DNA of 64,000 nt. Source: Diplonema japonicum. Lineage: Eukaryota; Protista; Euglenozoa: Diplonemea. A program made the position numbers and the translations under genes. Location of the stretch: the NCBI GenBank assembly GCA_964019335.1, contig OZ025696.1, positions 62,001 to 126,000 of the forward strand, read 5' to 3'. Positions 1-10,139 of the stretch are shown piece by piece. The notes under the pieces are model-generated. The model ran no database searches. It saw nothing but the letters and a program-made list of their open reading frames with translations, and was not told where the DNA came from. Position 1 is the stretch's first letter. The number at the start of each line of letters is the position of its first letter.

Positions 1-1220
1 CATGGCTGCATCCCGAATTCCATGAGGAATGAGGTGAAAGCAATCGCACATCTTCTTTTCTTCTCTTTTTTCTTTTTCTTTTTTTCTGCTTCTTCATAAC
101 AAGGAACAACTTCCGCACCCGCTCACAAAGAAACCACCATACCTCCCTTATTTGTCAAAACCAAATTGCACCAGTTGTCGGGAAAATAGTTTTTTGACTT
201 AAGAGATATGGGTCGTTATAAAAAAGAAAAGAGAAAAAAAAAAAGGAGAAAATACTATATATAATCAGCATTTAGTAAAACATCTTCTGAGGGAGGGTGC
301 GTGGGGGAGAAAGCACAGGCAAGCTATAACCGCGAAAACACTTCGCGAAGGAGGAAAGGGGGGGGGGGGGGGGTCATAAGGGTGCCGTTTTTTTTTCTTT
401 TTTTTCCAGTTTTTTTGCTAAGGGTATTTTAGGCCCTTAAAAAGACTCTAACCACCCCCCAAAAGTGCCCACAAATCGTTCAAACCCCTGTTTCCCGACG
501 GTTATGGACCCCAGAAGGGCCAGTATTGTGTTCTAATTTTTGGGGGCCCCCGTTTGGTACCAAAGGGTCCCAAAGGGGTGCCCCGTATATGTGTATTTCA
601 AACTACCTTAGCAAGCACCGTGAAAAACACAAAAAAAATAGGGGACAGGCGTAAAAAAGAGTGTTTTGTGGTACTGGGGGTGACTGGGGATTACGAAGTG
701 GGTGAACACTTGAAATCAGCAGCGTTTCCATAGGTATCTGAAAAATAAGGAAACGGAAACGTTTCCCCGTTTCTTGCCAGCATAGCCCTGGGGGGGGGGG
801 GGGGGGTAAATAGGGGGATAAAGCCATTTTCTTTCCATATTTTCATATGGGGCCGGAAATTCGCCAGAAATGTTTGTAAAAAAGACATTCTATAAAAGGA
901 CCCACGACTTCGTGAATGTTTGCGTTCCCACAAAAAAATATGGCATTTATTCCCCCGTAGGTAATCCACCCAATACGGATGCGAGAATCAGTAGCGGACC
1001 TGCACCCAGCAATGATTATTGATAAGGGGGGGGGGGGGGGGGGGGGCACCCTCTAAAAATCGTTAAAGGGTGGGGGGGAAAAAAAAAAGAAGAAGAAACA
1101 ACGTTGATTTAACCACCTGGTGGAAAGAAAAAAAAAGAGTCGGCTGCTTGTTGTTTGTCCACCGTTTTCACCTACAGTAGGGGAAACGAACAAGGCTGCC
1201 TCTACTCTAACATTCTTCGC

Positions 1221-4200
1221 TCACGCCAGCATCCCCATAACGCTGAGAGTGTACCCCATATCGAAGGTCACAGCGCGAACCATCGTGTTGTAGGTGGGAG
1301 GCCCACAGATAACGACATGGTTGAACTCAGAAGGTGATTCGAAGGCCTCCTCCATGTGAGCTGCTACAACACTGTTAGCCATGAACGGCTTTATAGAAGA
1401 AGGGAACTCAGCCGACCGAGTAAAAAGGTACTTCAACACAAACCTGTCACCACCGATATCAGAAAGCTCCTCAAACTCCTCATGGTAGGGCACATGGCTG
1501 AAAGTGTTAAAACACACAAACAATACAACTCGGCACCCGTCTCTCAAAGCAGCCCTAGCAATCGATATCAAAGGCGTACATCCGGTCCCCGCACCGCATA
1601 GATACAACTCCTGGTGAATACCCTTTCGGTACTGGTACTCAGACAACAGCAGACCCCTCCCTTCAACGTTGGAGGCAACTGTAAGACTTGATAACAGCGC
1701 GCTGCTTGTTCTGTCATTGTTTAATTTTATCATAAACGTGATCTCGTCGCCCTTGTGGTGAAGGATACTATAAGGCCGGGAGAGCCTGCTGTTGAACCGT
1801 ATGCTGACATGGCTGCCGGGGGGTACGTGCTGTTTTGAGATGTTGTCGGCCTTGAAGGTAAAAGCGTATGTCGATTTGGCGCGTTGTTCCTTCTTGACGA
1901 AGACGATCTTCCTGTACTCGCCCACGACGAGGGCGTCGGTGCTGTTGGCTGCGTCGTCGGTGGCCACGCCGTCCTTTGCGTGTTGGATGATCTTCCCTAT
2001 GCACTGCATCCATGCGTACTTCACCTGAGGGGTGTACTTTTCCTGCAGTGCTTGCATGAACGTGTCGTCGAAGGCCTCGCCCATGATGTCGAACATCTGC
2101 CTTTGTATGCCAAACCGGATGTGTGTCTTCCCCAGCTCGTGCAGGGTGTGTGCTACCTCGTTGGCTTTTGACAGGTCCGTTACTGCCTTGTCAACCGCTG
2201 TCATCACCTGCATCCCGTGGTCTTGCAGACCCTTCTCGTACACATTGCCCTGTCTGCCCCACGGGAACAGCAGCTTGAACTCCGGGTTCCTTTCGAAGAC
2301 GTTTTTAAACAGCAGGACGCCTATGTCGTTCAGCCCTGCCGATCGCAGTTCCTTCCAAGAATCGCGGACTATCATCATGTTGCTCTCGTTTGTGGACAGG
2401 CCGTTCGTCTTAAACACGCGTAGTGTCCTCAGTATCTCCGAAGCATAAGCGCTGTGGCCGTGGCTCCCTTCACCGTGGAAGACGTCGGTGATATCCTTAC
2501 CAAAAAAGGGTCTGAAGCACCCCCTCCCTCCTGGGTGTGAGTGTATGAACGTTGCCACATCGTGTGCCCAGCCCTCCATGTACACGAGCTCGGCTGTTGC
2601 TGATCTTGACGCTGCTGTGGTGCGCTTCCAGGCCTCTTCTAGGTCCTCCTTAGAGGTATCGCTCGTCTTCACCGTCTGCCCTGAGATAAATTCCGTTCGT
2701 GTGAGCTGTTTGCCTTTTGTTCGTACGATCCTCGCTGCGATGCTGTCGCCTGGGTCCCTCTTCACCACCCGTTCCATCAGATCGAGGTTGCCTATCTTTG
2801 CAGCCTCGTAGGCCTCCTTGAACTCCGGGTCGAACCACGGCATACCCTCTCCCTGCATGCCGTACATCAGGTCCCACTTCTCGACACCCTCAAGTCCCTC
2901 CACGAAGAGTTCGCTTACTTCGATGAACGCCTGCCAACGCATGCCCGAGATGGGCCACCTGTCGATAGGGCGCAGCAGCCAGGCAATGGACGCCACATTC
3001 GCCACGATTGAGCCCGGTACCAGGCAGCACACGTCGACCTGCTCAGCGGCCTCAGCAAGGGCGCCAGAGAGCTCCACCGGTGACCCGATGCACGTCACAT
3101 AGTGCCTGTCGTCGCCAGGGTGCGTGATGCCTAGCATGACACCGCCTGTTGCGAGGCCCATGTGCATCTTCATCTTCGTGCCATCGAATTCCTCGTAAAG
3201 CGAGCCTGCGAAGCTGACTGCCTGGATGGCGTGCTGCTGGCAGATCCACACTATTGTGACAGTGGTGCCGACAGTGTTCAGCACAATGCCGAACGTCTTT
3301 CTTGCCAGCGTGCAGATAATGCCCAGAGCGGGTGGCAGCCTGTCGAGGTTGGGGCCCAGCCTGATCTGCGAAACGCTGGCGCTAAAAGAGCGCAACTCAT
3401 CCGAAGCCATGAACCCCTCGACGGCGGCCTTGATGATTGGGTCCGACAGCACCCTGTCGTTGTACAGGTCGCGCAAGAGAGAGCGCAGGAACCGTGGCCG
3501 CGCACCAGAGCCCGGCGTGAGCTGGCTGATGATGTTAGAGCCGCTGCGGGAGCCAGGGGATGCAGACCCCTGTTGGGATCGGGTGTGTCTGGAGGGAGCG
3601 AGAGTAGCACCACGGAGGGATATCTCGGTGGGCACGATGCCTGAGAGCTCGACCTTGCCGACCCCGCGAAGGGTGATCTGACCGAGATGGACCACAGAGG
3701 CATGCACAGTCGTTGTGCCGAGGCATTTCAGGACCGCTTCTGACGCGACGATGCTGCCCCCTGACCCTGCAGACTCGACGCGTGCTGCCGTGTTGACGGT
3801 GTGGCCGTAGTAGTCGCTGCGGTTGGAGACGGGGTCGACCTCCACAGTGACACTGCCCGTGTGCACGCCCATGCGGACACGCATACCTCGGAACACAAGC
3901 TGGTCGTCTTTGTAGATGGCTGTGCACACCGGGTCGTCAAGGATGGCGTGCGGCCAGGGCTGCTTCAGGAGGTCCACTTGTGCGTCGATGCAGAACCGCA
4001 GGGCGTCTGCAGAGTTGCTGAAGGTGAGCATGAAAGCGTCCCCGATGGTCTTCACCTCGTAGCCGCCGTACTGCGAGTACGCCCTTCGGATCACGTTGTT
4101 GTGCAGCCGCATTGCGATCTTCATCTCGTCAGGGTGCTTGCGCCATAAGACAGACGAGCATTCGATATCGGTGAACACAAAGGTAACGACGCCCACAGGG

Positions 4201-4616
4201 GCTGCAACGCTGACAGGCGCGAAGAGTTCTTGGCTGTCTTCCTCATCGATGACACCGTCACAGAAGGATAAGGGATTCGACACCACAGGCACGCAGGGGT
4301 CGGGGAGTGCAACACGGTACCTTTCCTCTGGGGGGTCGGGGGGGCAGGAGAAGGGTGACCTGGGTTGGGAAGACGCGCTGTGATGTCCATTCTCCATGAG
4401 ATCGTCTTCGTGGACTGACAGCTGCTTCACCTCTGTGCCCTTTCTTTGGTGTAGAATTAAGAGCACGAAGATCGCGACGACACTAGTGCACAGCCAGGCC
4501 GTCAATGCAGCCCATGAACCGCCCCCCACCGCTGCAGTCCCTTGCAACGCTGCAAACACCACGGCCCCCGTAACCACTGGAGGTGCAACAGCTTGTAATA
4601 CCCCGTGTCGTATCAT
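1221..4616 (-). CDS. Membrane-anchored class III adenylate cyclase fused to a degenerate second cyclase domain, cytochrome b5, globin and FNR-type FAD/NAD(P)H reductase (1131 aa)
   Basis: N-terminal hydrophobic helices (~4450-4600). Cyclase motifs FTDIE, VKTIGDAFM, RVRMGVHTG, DYYGHTVNTAARVE (~3630-4195). Degenerate cyclase MHMGLATG...IGSPV (~2900-3400). Cyt b5 HPGG...GKDITDVF...GHS (~2420-2590). Globin SW...NPEFKLLF...HG..V...LGKTH...AW (~1970-2395). Reductase RPYS, GAGTGCTP, ICGPP (~1224-1900). Confidence 0.9.
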   Translation of the reverse strand: MIRHGVLQAVAPPVVTGAVVFAALQGTAAVGGGSWAALTAWLCTSVVAIFVLLILHQRKGTEVKQLSVHEDDLMENGHHSASSQPRSPFSCPPDPPEERYRVALPDPCVPVVSNPLSFCDGVIDEEDSQELFAPVSVAAPVGVVTFVFTDIECSSVLWRKHPDEMKIAMRLHNNVIRRAYSQYGGYEVKTIGDAFMLTFSNSADALRFCIDAQVDLLKQPWPHAILDDPVCTAIYKDDQLVFRGMRVRMGVHTGSVTVEVDPVSNRSDYYGHTVNTAARVESAGSGGSIVASEAVLKCLGTTTVHASVVHLGQITLRGVGKVELSGIVPTEISLRGATLAPSRHTRSQQGSASPGSRSGSNIISQLTPGSGARPRFLRSLLRDLYNDRVLSDPIIKAAVEGFMASDELRSFSASVSQIRLGPNLDRLPPALGIICTLARKTFGIVLNTVGTTVTIVWICQQHAIQAVSFAGSLYEEFDGTKMKMHMGLATGGVMLGITHPGDDRHYVTCIGSPVELSGALAEAAEQVDVCCLVPGSIVANVASIAWLLRPIDRWPISGMRWQAFIEVSELFVEGLEGVEKWDLMYGMQGEGMPWFDPEFKEAYEAAKIGNLDLMERVVKRDPGDSIAARIVRTKGKQLTRTEFISGQTVKTSDTSKEDLEEAWKRTTAASRSATAELVYMEGWAHDVATFIHSHPGGRGCFRPFFGKDITDVFHGEGSHGHSAYASEILRTLRVFKTNGLSTNESNMMIVRDSWKELRSAGLNDIGVLLFKNVFERNPEFKLLFPWGRQGNVYEKGLQDHGMQVMTAVDKAVTDLSKANEVAHTLHELGKTHIRFGIQRQMFDIMGEAFDDTFMQALQEKYTPQVKYAWMQCIGKIIQHAKDGVATDDAANSTDALVVGEYRKIVFVKKEQRAKSTYAFTFKADNISKQHVPPGSHVSIRFNSRLSRPYSILHHKGDEITFMIKLNNDRTSSALLSSLTVASNVEGRGLLLSEYQYRKGIHQELYLCGAGTGCTPLISIARAALRDGCRVVLFVCFNTFSHVPYHEEFEELSDIGGDRFVLKYLFTRSAEFPSSIKPFMANSVVAAHMEEAFESPSEFNHVVICGPPTYNTMVRAVTFDMGYTLSVMGMLA

Positions 4617-5343
4617 CCTTTCGTTGTGTAAAATTTGTAAAACCTAGAAAAAGATGAAATATTTTTTCTCTCTCCTTGATAAAAAAAAAAAAAAAAAAAA
4701 AGACGACAAATATAAAAAGGAAAAAAAAAAAAAAGTGTAAAAAAAAAAAAGGTGTAAATGAAAGGCGAGGGAGAGAGAGAAGAAAAAAAAAGAGGAAGAG
4801 GGAGAATAGAAAAAGAAAAAAAAAAAAAAAAAGAACGCAGTTAAGAAGGAGAGAAGTTTATTAATGGGGAAGGGTCGGGATCTTTCTGAAGAAAGGTTTC
4901 CAAGGGGGATCCTGTCGAGATAAAGCGACCTTGCCACACCGGCCAAAATTGACCGGGTGGGAGAAGAGAAAGAAGTTCATTTGCACCCGACAGATGGCAT
5001 GATGTGCCGACTGATTCTTTTTTTTTTTTTTGGACAACGTGAAACCTTTATAGTACATCACATAAGAACCTAAGTAGAAGAAAGAGAGAAAAGAAGAAAC
5101 AATCTGATGTGTGAAACAAGCACATAGTTTGCCTTTGCTTTCTTTTTTTTTTTAAAAATGCAAGGCTTGCAATCTTTTTTTTTTTTTTTGCATCCTTTTA
5201 TAAAATCTTTTTTGTTTTTTTAACCGATGGACACTCGGGTCCGTTGTCATCTTCTTTTCATTTTTTATTTTTTTTTCCCGCCTCCCCTTCCCTTCCCTTC
5301 TTCTGTATTTTTTTTCCTTATTTTTTTTTTTTTTTTTACGTGC

Positions 5344-5383
<40 letters not shown>

Positions 5384-5995
5384 AACACCAACAACAACAC
5401 ACTTATAAACTTTATTATGTGATAAATCTTCCCCTCTCTTAAAGAAATTTAAGAAAAGATGGACGGGAGGAGGGGGGGGGGGGGGGGAAGGAAAGAATCG
5501 GAAAAGATTGTCGTTCCGAAGTTCTTTTTTTCTTTTCCTCTTCTTTCTCCTTTTTTTCGTTTTTCTTTTTTTCTGATGACTACATTGATGGCAAGTGTTT
5601 ATTTCTCTGCTTTTCTTTTGTCATTAAATCAAAAAAAAAATCGAAAAGCCAAACACAAGTTCATTGTTTCTTTTTTTCTTTTTTTAAAAAAAGGAAAGCT
5701 GCAAAAAAAAAAAAAAGAAATTCTTTGCAGTTATTCGATTCTGGTGAAGCTGTGCACGGTAAAAAAAAAGTGCCGTCAAAGACGCATCAGAAATCGAATT
5801 TCCGCTCAAAAAAAAAAAAAAAAAAAAAAAGGGATGTTATAAAAAAAAAGAAAATAGAAAAGAAAAGCTTTATTTTGTTGCTTTTCTTTTTTTTTTTTTT
5901 AAATAAAAACTGGCCATTTTCTTTTTTTTTTTTCTTTTTGTTAAAAAAAATCGCACGGAGAAGGGTTGTCTTTCTTCTACAATAGATTAAAAAGC

Positions 5996-6028
<33 letters not shown>

Positions 6029-7171
6029 CATTTAAGGGTACCTGCGGTATGTGGCAGGACGCCTTTAAAAAAAAGAGAGTCGGCTTTTAGCAAAAAAACT
6101 GGCATTGTTAGTAATGCTGTGTTAACAAAAAAAAAAAAAATGATACGCAAAAAAAAGAGAGTCGGGCTAGTCACCAATTCCTGCAGCTAAAGAGCCAACA
6201 AAAGTGCAAAAGCAACTACTGCCCTTCCCTTTTTTTTTTCACTTTTTCTTTTCTTTTCTTTTTAAAAATTTTCGTTTCGTCCTGCTGACTTGTCTGGGAA
6301 CCTTATAAAGGAATGGCTGGGGCATAGATATATGTTTTAATCTTTTTTTTAAAAAAAAAGGGAAAAATTATCAGGGAGAAAAAAAAAATAATGGAAAAAG
6401 GGAAATGAGAGAAAACAAGAGAAAGAAAGGACGCAGCTTGAGGTGTCCCGTGTTTCATGCTCCCTAGTTTTCTTTCTTTTTCTTTTTTCTTCTTCTTCTT
6501 TTTTTTTTTCTCCCTTTTTTCCCTTTTTTTTTTTTAAAATTCTCTTTGCATTCTTTCCCCACCCTTTTGTGTTCTACCTTAACTAAGTCTTCGCAGGGCA
6601 TTTATTTAAAAAAAAAAATGGGAAAAACAAAATTAGAAAAAGTTAGGAAACATGCAGAAAAAAAGCAGTTTGGATTTTCCCCTGGAAGGAGAACGGAGGT
6701 AAACACGAGAAAGAGAGTGATGAATAAAACAATGAAAGCAAAAAATTATGCAAAAGAGAGAACGGGGGGGGGAAGGGGGCGGGGAAAAAAAAAAAAAACC
6801 AAAATCAAAAAAGAACAACCATTTCTTTGTCGTTCACCTTTTTATTTTTTTTTTAAATCATTCTTATTATTTTTTTCTCCCCCTCCCCCTTTTTCTTTTC
6901 TTTTCCTTCTACAGGACTGTCCTTTTCTTTTCTTTTTTAACCCCCAGTTTTACATAAAACCAGTTAGAAAAAAAAAAAAAAAAAGGACGGGGGAAGGGGA
7001 GGGGGAAAGAAAAAAATAAATAAAAAAACATAAAAAATAAAAATAAAAAGAGAGGTTGGATTATATTCTTTTCGAAAAATGTTTTTTTTTTTTTTTTGCG
7101 GGAAAAAAAAAAAAAAAAATGAGCCTCCCTCTGGGGATTCCCCCGGGGGGCCATAAAAAAAGCAATCCCTC

Positions 7172-7576
7172 TCAAGGGGGTGGTAAGTCGGAATCCCAAG
7201 CATATGGGTTATGGGTAAATCGAGCCACTACTGCGGTGTCCGTCGCTGGGGCCCTGGTAGGCGAAGTCTTTGCCGTTGGGGCAGTGTGAGTTTGCCCTAT
7301 AAGTTCAGGGCCGTGTACTTTTATGCGCTCTTCCAGTGACACTTTTCTGTGAAACACATGTAACTTTCCACAGGAATCGCCTGTTAGGCAGACACCAGAG
7401 TCAAAGGACGCACACCTCAGTCCATGCCACACCATTTCTACAGGTACTCTCCACTGCTTCTGGCACGTGCGGCACCTAAGGGTCATTCTTCCCTTGCACA
7501 CCCGTACGTTGTCCCACAAATTGTGCTCACAGCACCTCATCTCAAGGGCACGCTTCATGACATCCGAAAGCGACAT
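7172..7576 (-). CDS. Small zinc-ribbon + CCCH-type zinc-finger protein (134 aa), paralog 1
   Basis: ATG at 7576 follows an A-run; the longer ORF start at 7735 lies inside a piggyBac end. Motifs CEHNLWD...LRCRTCQ and C-x7-C-x5-C-x3-H, then K.SLEER...HG, shared with the genes at 16115 and 20374. Confidence 0.75.
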   Translation of the reverse strand: MSLSDVMKRALEMRCCEHNLWDNVRVCKGRMTLRCRTCQKQWRVPVEMVWHGLRCASFDSGVCLTGDSCGKLHVFHRKVSLEERIKVHGPELIGQTHTAPTAKTSPTRAPATDTAVVARFTHNPYAWDSDLPPP

Positions 7577-7659
7577 GTTTTTTTTTTTTTTTTTGTATAA
7601 CCTTGTTGGGGGGGGGGGTGATATTTCTTTTGAAAAATATAAAAATCTTTTTTTTTTAA

Positions 7660-9433
7660 CCCATAACACTCCAAGGCGCAAATATTTGTCGTTTTGAAAA
7701 ATCGTTTTTTTCTCTAAGTACTTTTTCGTCCCCACGACCCCTGGATCTCCAAGAACGACTATAGTGAGGAGTTATTTTCAACTGCAATTAATGCTGCGCT
7801 GCGTCACTTTACCTTGTTATCCACCCACCAAGTGGGTCCCAAATCCGAGTAGATAGGCTAAAAACGCAAAATAACGGGTGTGCATACTGTGCCCAAATTG
7901 TTCCCAAAAAACGCAAAGGTAAAGTCAAAACAGCTACGGACGAGGTCTAACCTTCATGGGTAAGGGAGTTGGTACCCATAGAGACCATACAATAGGCCAG
8001 TGGGGAGAAAAAAAGCTGTCCCGTGGTACGCAGAAACCTGACGACGCAAAATGGTTATTCCTTCGGTTTTTTTATAAGAAGCTCACAGACGTCATCCAAG
8101 AAGAGACAAACAAGCAAAAGGACGCTGAGATTGATAAAATTTCGACCCAGGACTCCACCGCTTACTCGGATTGAGCATTGCGATGGGTTTACGGCGTGCC
8201 CAGAATCAGCAGTCGTATTGGTCCATAGGACCCATGAAAATCCCCCTTTTCAGTAACACGATGCCCAGGAGATGCTACTGGGAAATCAAAAGTAGCCTCC
8301 ACTTCACTCACACAGAAGGGTCAAACGGTGATGTGTTGTGAAGATACGAGGGTTTCTGGACAGAATTGGTGACAAGTGGGCAAAAGCAGCAGTGCCAGGA
8401 AAATAATTAAGCATTGACGAGACACTCGTACCTTCACGGGGCAATTGGGGGGCTGCGGGTCTACTGTCCTCTCAAGCGTAAAAGATATGGCATAAAAATC
8501 TACTGCCTAAACTGCGCGAGCACGGGTTATCTTTTGCGTTTTCACATCCACGCCACCAAAATCGAGGGGCACGCACTTGAAGATTTCAGTGTTGTGGAAA
8601 AAGCGGGGCTGGGGTTAACAGAGCCTTTCCGGGGAAATGACAACACGGTAGTTTGCGATAGCTACTTTTTGACTGTGGGTCTGGCCGAAGCCCTGTGAAA
8701 GAACTGTGAGGGGCTTGGATTTCGTTGGGTGTTGCGGACTCTTCTGGTGGACCCTAGAAGACAATACTTAACTGCCATGCACTTCAAATAAAATATGGTT
8801 CAGGGATGCCAAAGAGATACACAACCCTGGCTGCTTTTAAAGAGCGCTTTCGAGAGAGCCTAATTGATGGGTCCAGCGTTGCAAAAACACCACTCCCGGC
8901 ACCCAACTAGTGGTGCACACACCCCCTATACCCCAGATAACACCAAACGTGACCGCTAGCCACTCAAAGGGGGTCTGCAGGTTGAAAGGATGCACAAAAC
9001 GCTCAATCTACAAATGCTACACCTGAAACCAACACCTCTGTCCAAATAAGTGCTTTTTTCGTACCACTCTTCCATCACCCCCAAAAAGGCCTCTTGACGA
9101 TTTCGAGGCCGATATTCCACCCGCAAATAGGCACTTCTCTCGGTCTGAGACATCTGAGGGGTCCTGATGCTGCCTTTTTTGACCCAGGATGCTCAATCTA
9201 CACCCCCCCGTGCACAACCCATTTTGACATGGTCGTTTTTGAGCACCCTACGGCCATTCAACTCTTCACCCCCTTTGTATTTTTATTAATTTTTGAACTT
9301 TTTTTTTAATTTTCCTGGTCCAAAGAACCCGTTTTACCTGCAAACGGGGGTTAAATGCTGCCATTTTCCCCTCAAATTATGAAAAGGAGCAAAAAAGGGA
9401 CCCCTATGTAGATAGGCCCCGGAGTGTTATGGG
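7660..9433 (+). mobile_element. piggyBac-superfamily DNA transposon, family 1, decayed (1774 bp)
   Basis: Perfect 13-bp TIRs CCCATAACACTCC / GGAGTGTTATGGG, flanked by TTAA at 7656-7659 and 9434-9437. Internal transposase remnant. Confidence 0.92.
8414..8698 (+). pseudogene. piggyBac transposase fragment
   Basis: YCPLKRKRYGIKIYCLNCASTGYLLRF...LTEPFRG...VVCDSYFLTVGLAEAL matches the piggyBac core (YxPxKPxKYGIK...GY...DN(F/Y)FTS.LA..L). Bounded by stops. Confidence 0.85.
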
Positions 9434-9705
9434 TTAATATAAAAATAAATAAAAGTTGGTGGGTGGTCACTGTTCACAAAAACAAAACAAAAAAAAAAAA
9501 AGAATTCACACTTTTATTCGGTTGGCCACCGTTGCTTTTGGTACCCTTGTTTTTGTGAGGATTTGGGCGAGGAACCATTATGCTAGGTATGGGGGGGGGG
9601 GGGGGGGGGGGAGGGTTTAACAGCAGGACGATAGCACAGACGGTCTTCTCATAAACCTGTAGGGGCCGGCATAGGTCAGAAGAAAAAGAAAAGGGAAATA
9701 AAAAA

Positions 9706-10051
9706 TATATATGAGTTAAAGGAAGTCTTTGTGAGACGCCCCCTTGTTCTCATCTTCTACCTGCACCTATCCCCTTTCAGCAGCGGTTTCTCCTCCTTTG
9801 GTGGTCTTGCCGGCCTTCTCCCCAGCCTGGCCGCATTTTCCCTTCGTTCTCTTGCCCATTGTCCTTTCAACGCCTCTAGGTCATGCTTGGTCTTCGGTGA
9901 TGCAAATATAGCCCTCCTGTTCCATCCGATCACCGCCTTTGTCCTCCCGATGGATCGTAGTGTGTGCACCCTTGTGCTCGGCTCAGCTGGGAAGGCCCTC
10001 CTTCCTTTCACCTTCTTCAGTACCCTCCCTAGCTCCCATGTGTGCCAGATC
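9706..10051 (-). mobile_element. 5'-truncated non-LTR retrotransposon 3' fragment, subfamily A
   Basis: Encodes ...RAFPAE...LRSIG...IGWNRR...KPLLKGDRCR*, homologous to the end of the 10182 ORF. Short 3' UTR ending CCTTTAACTCATATATAT. Confidence 0.8.
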
Positions 10052-10060
10052 TTAAAAAAG

Positions 10061-10106
10061 AACACATCTGATGTACTTCTTATATTTCCATGTTATCCCC
10101 ACCACC
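10061..10106 (-). repeat. 5' fragment (P1 strand + J1/2) of the ribozyme-headed SINE-like family
   Basis: GGTGGTGGGGATAACATGGAAATATAAGAAGTACATCAGATGTGTT, identical to the head of the copy ending at 14410. Confidence 0.8.
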
Positions 10107-10139
10107 TAAAAAAAAAAAAAAAAAAAAAAAATTAAAGAG

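Noticed and set aside
293-1053. GAGGGTGC...GCACCCTC as terminal inverted repeats
   Set aside because: Only 8 bp, with no target-site duplication and no second copy.
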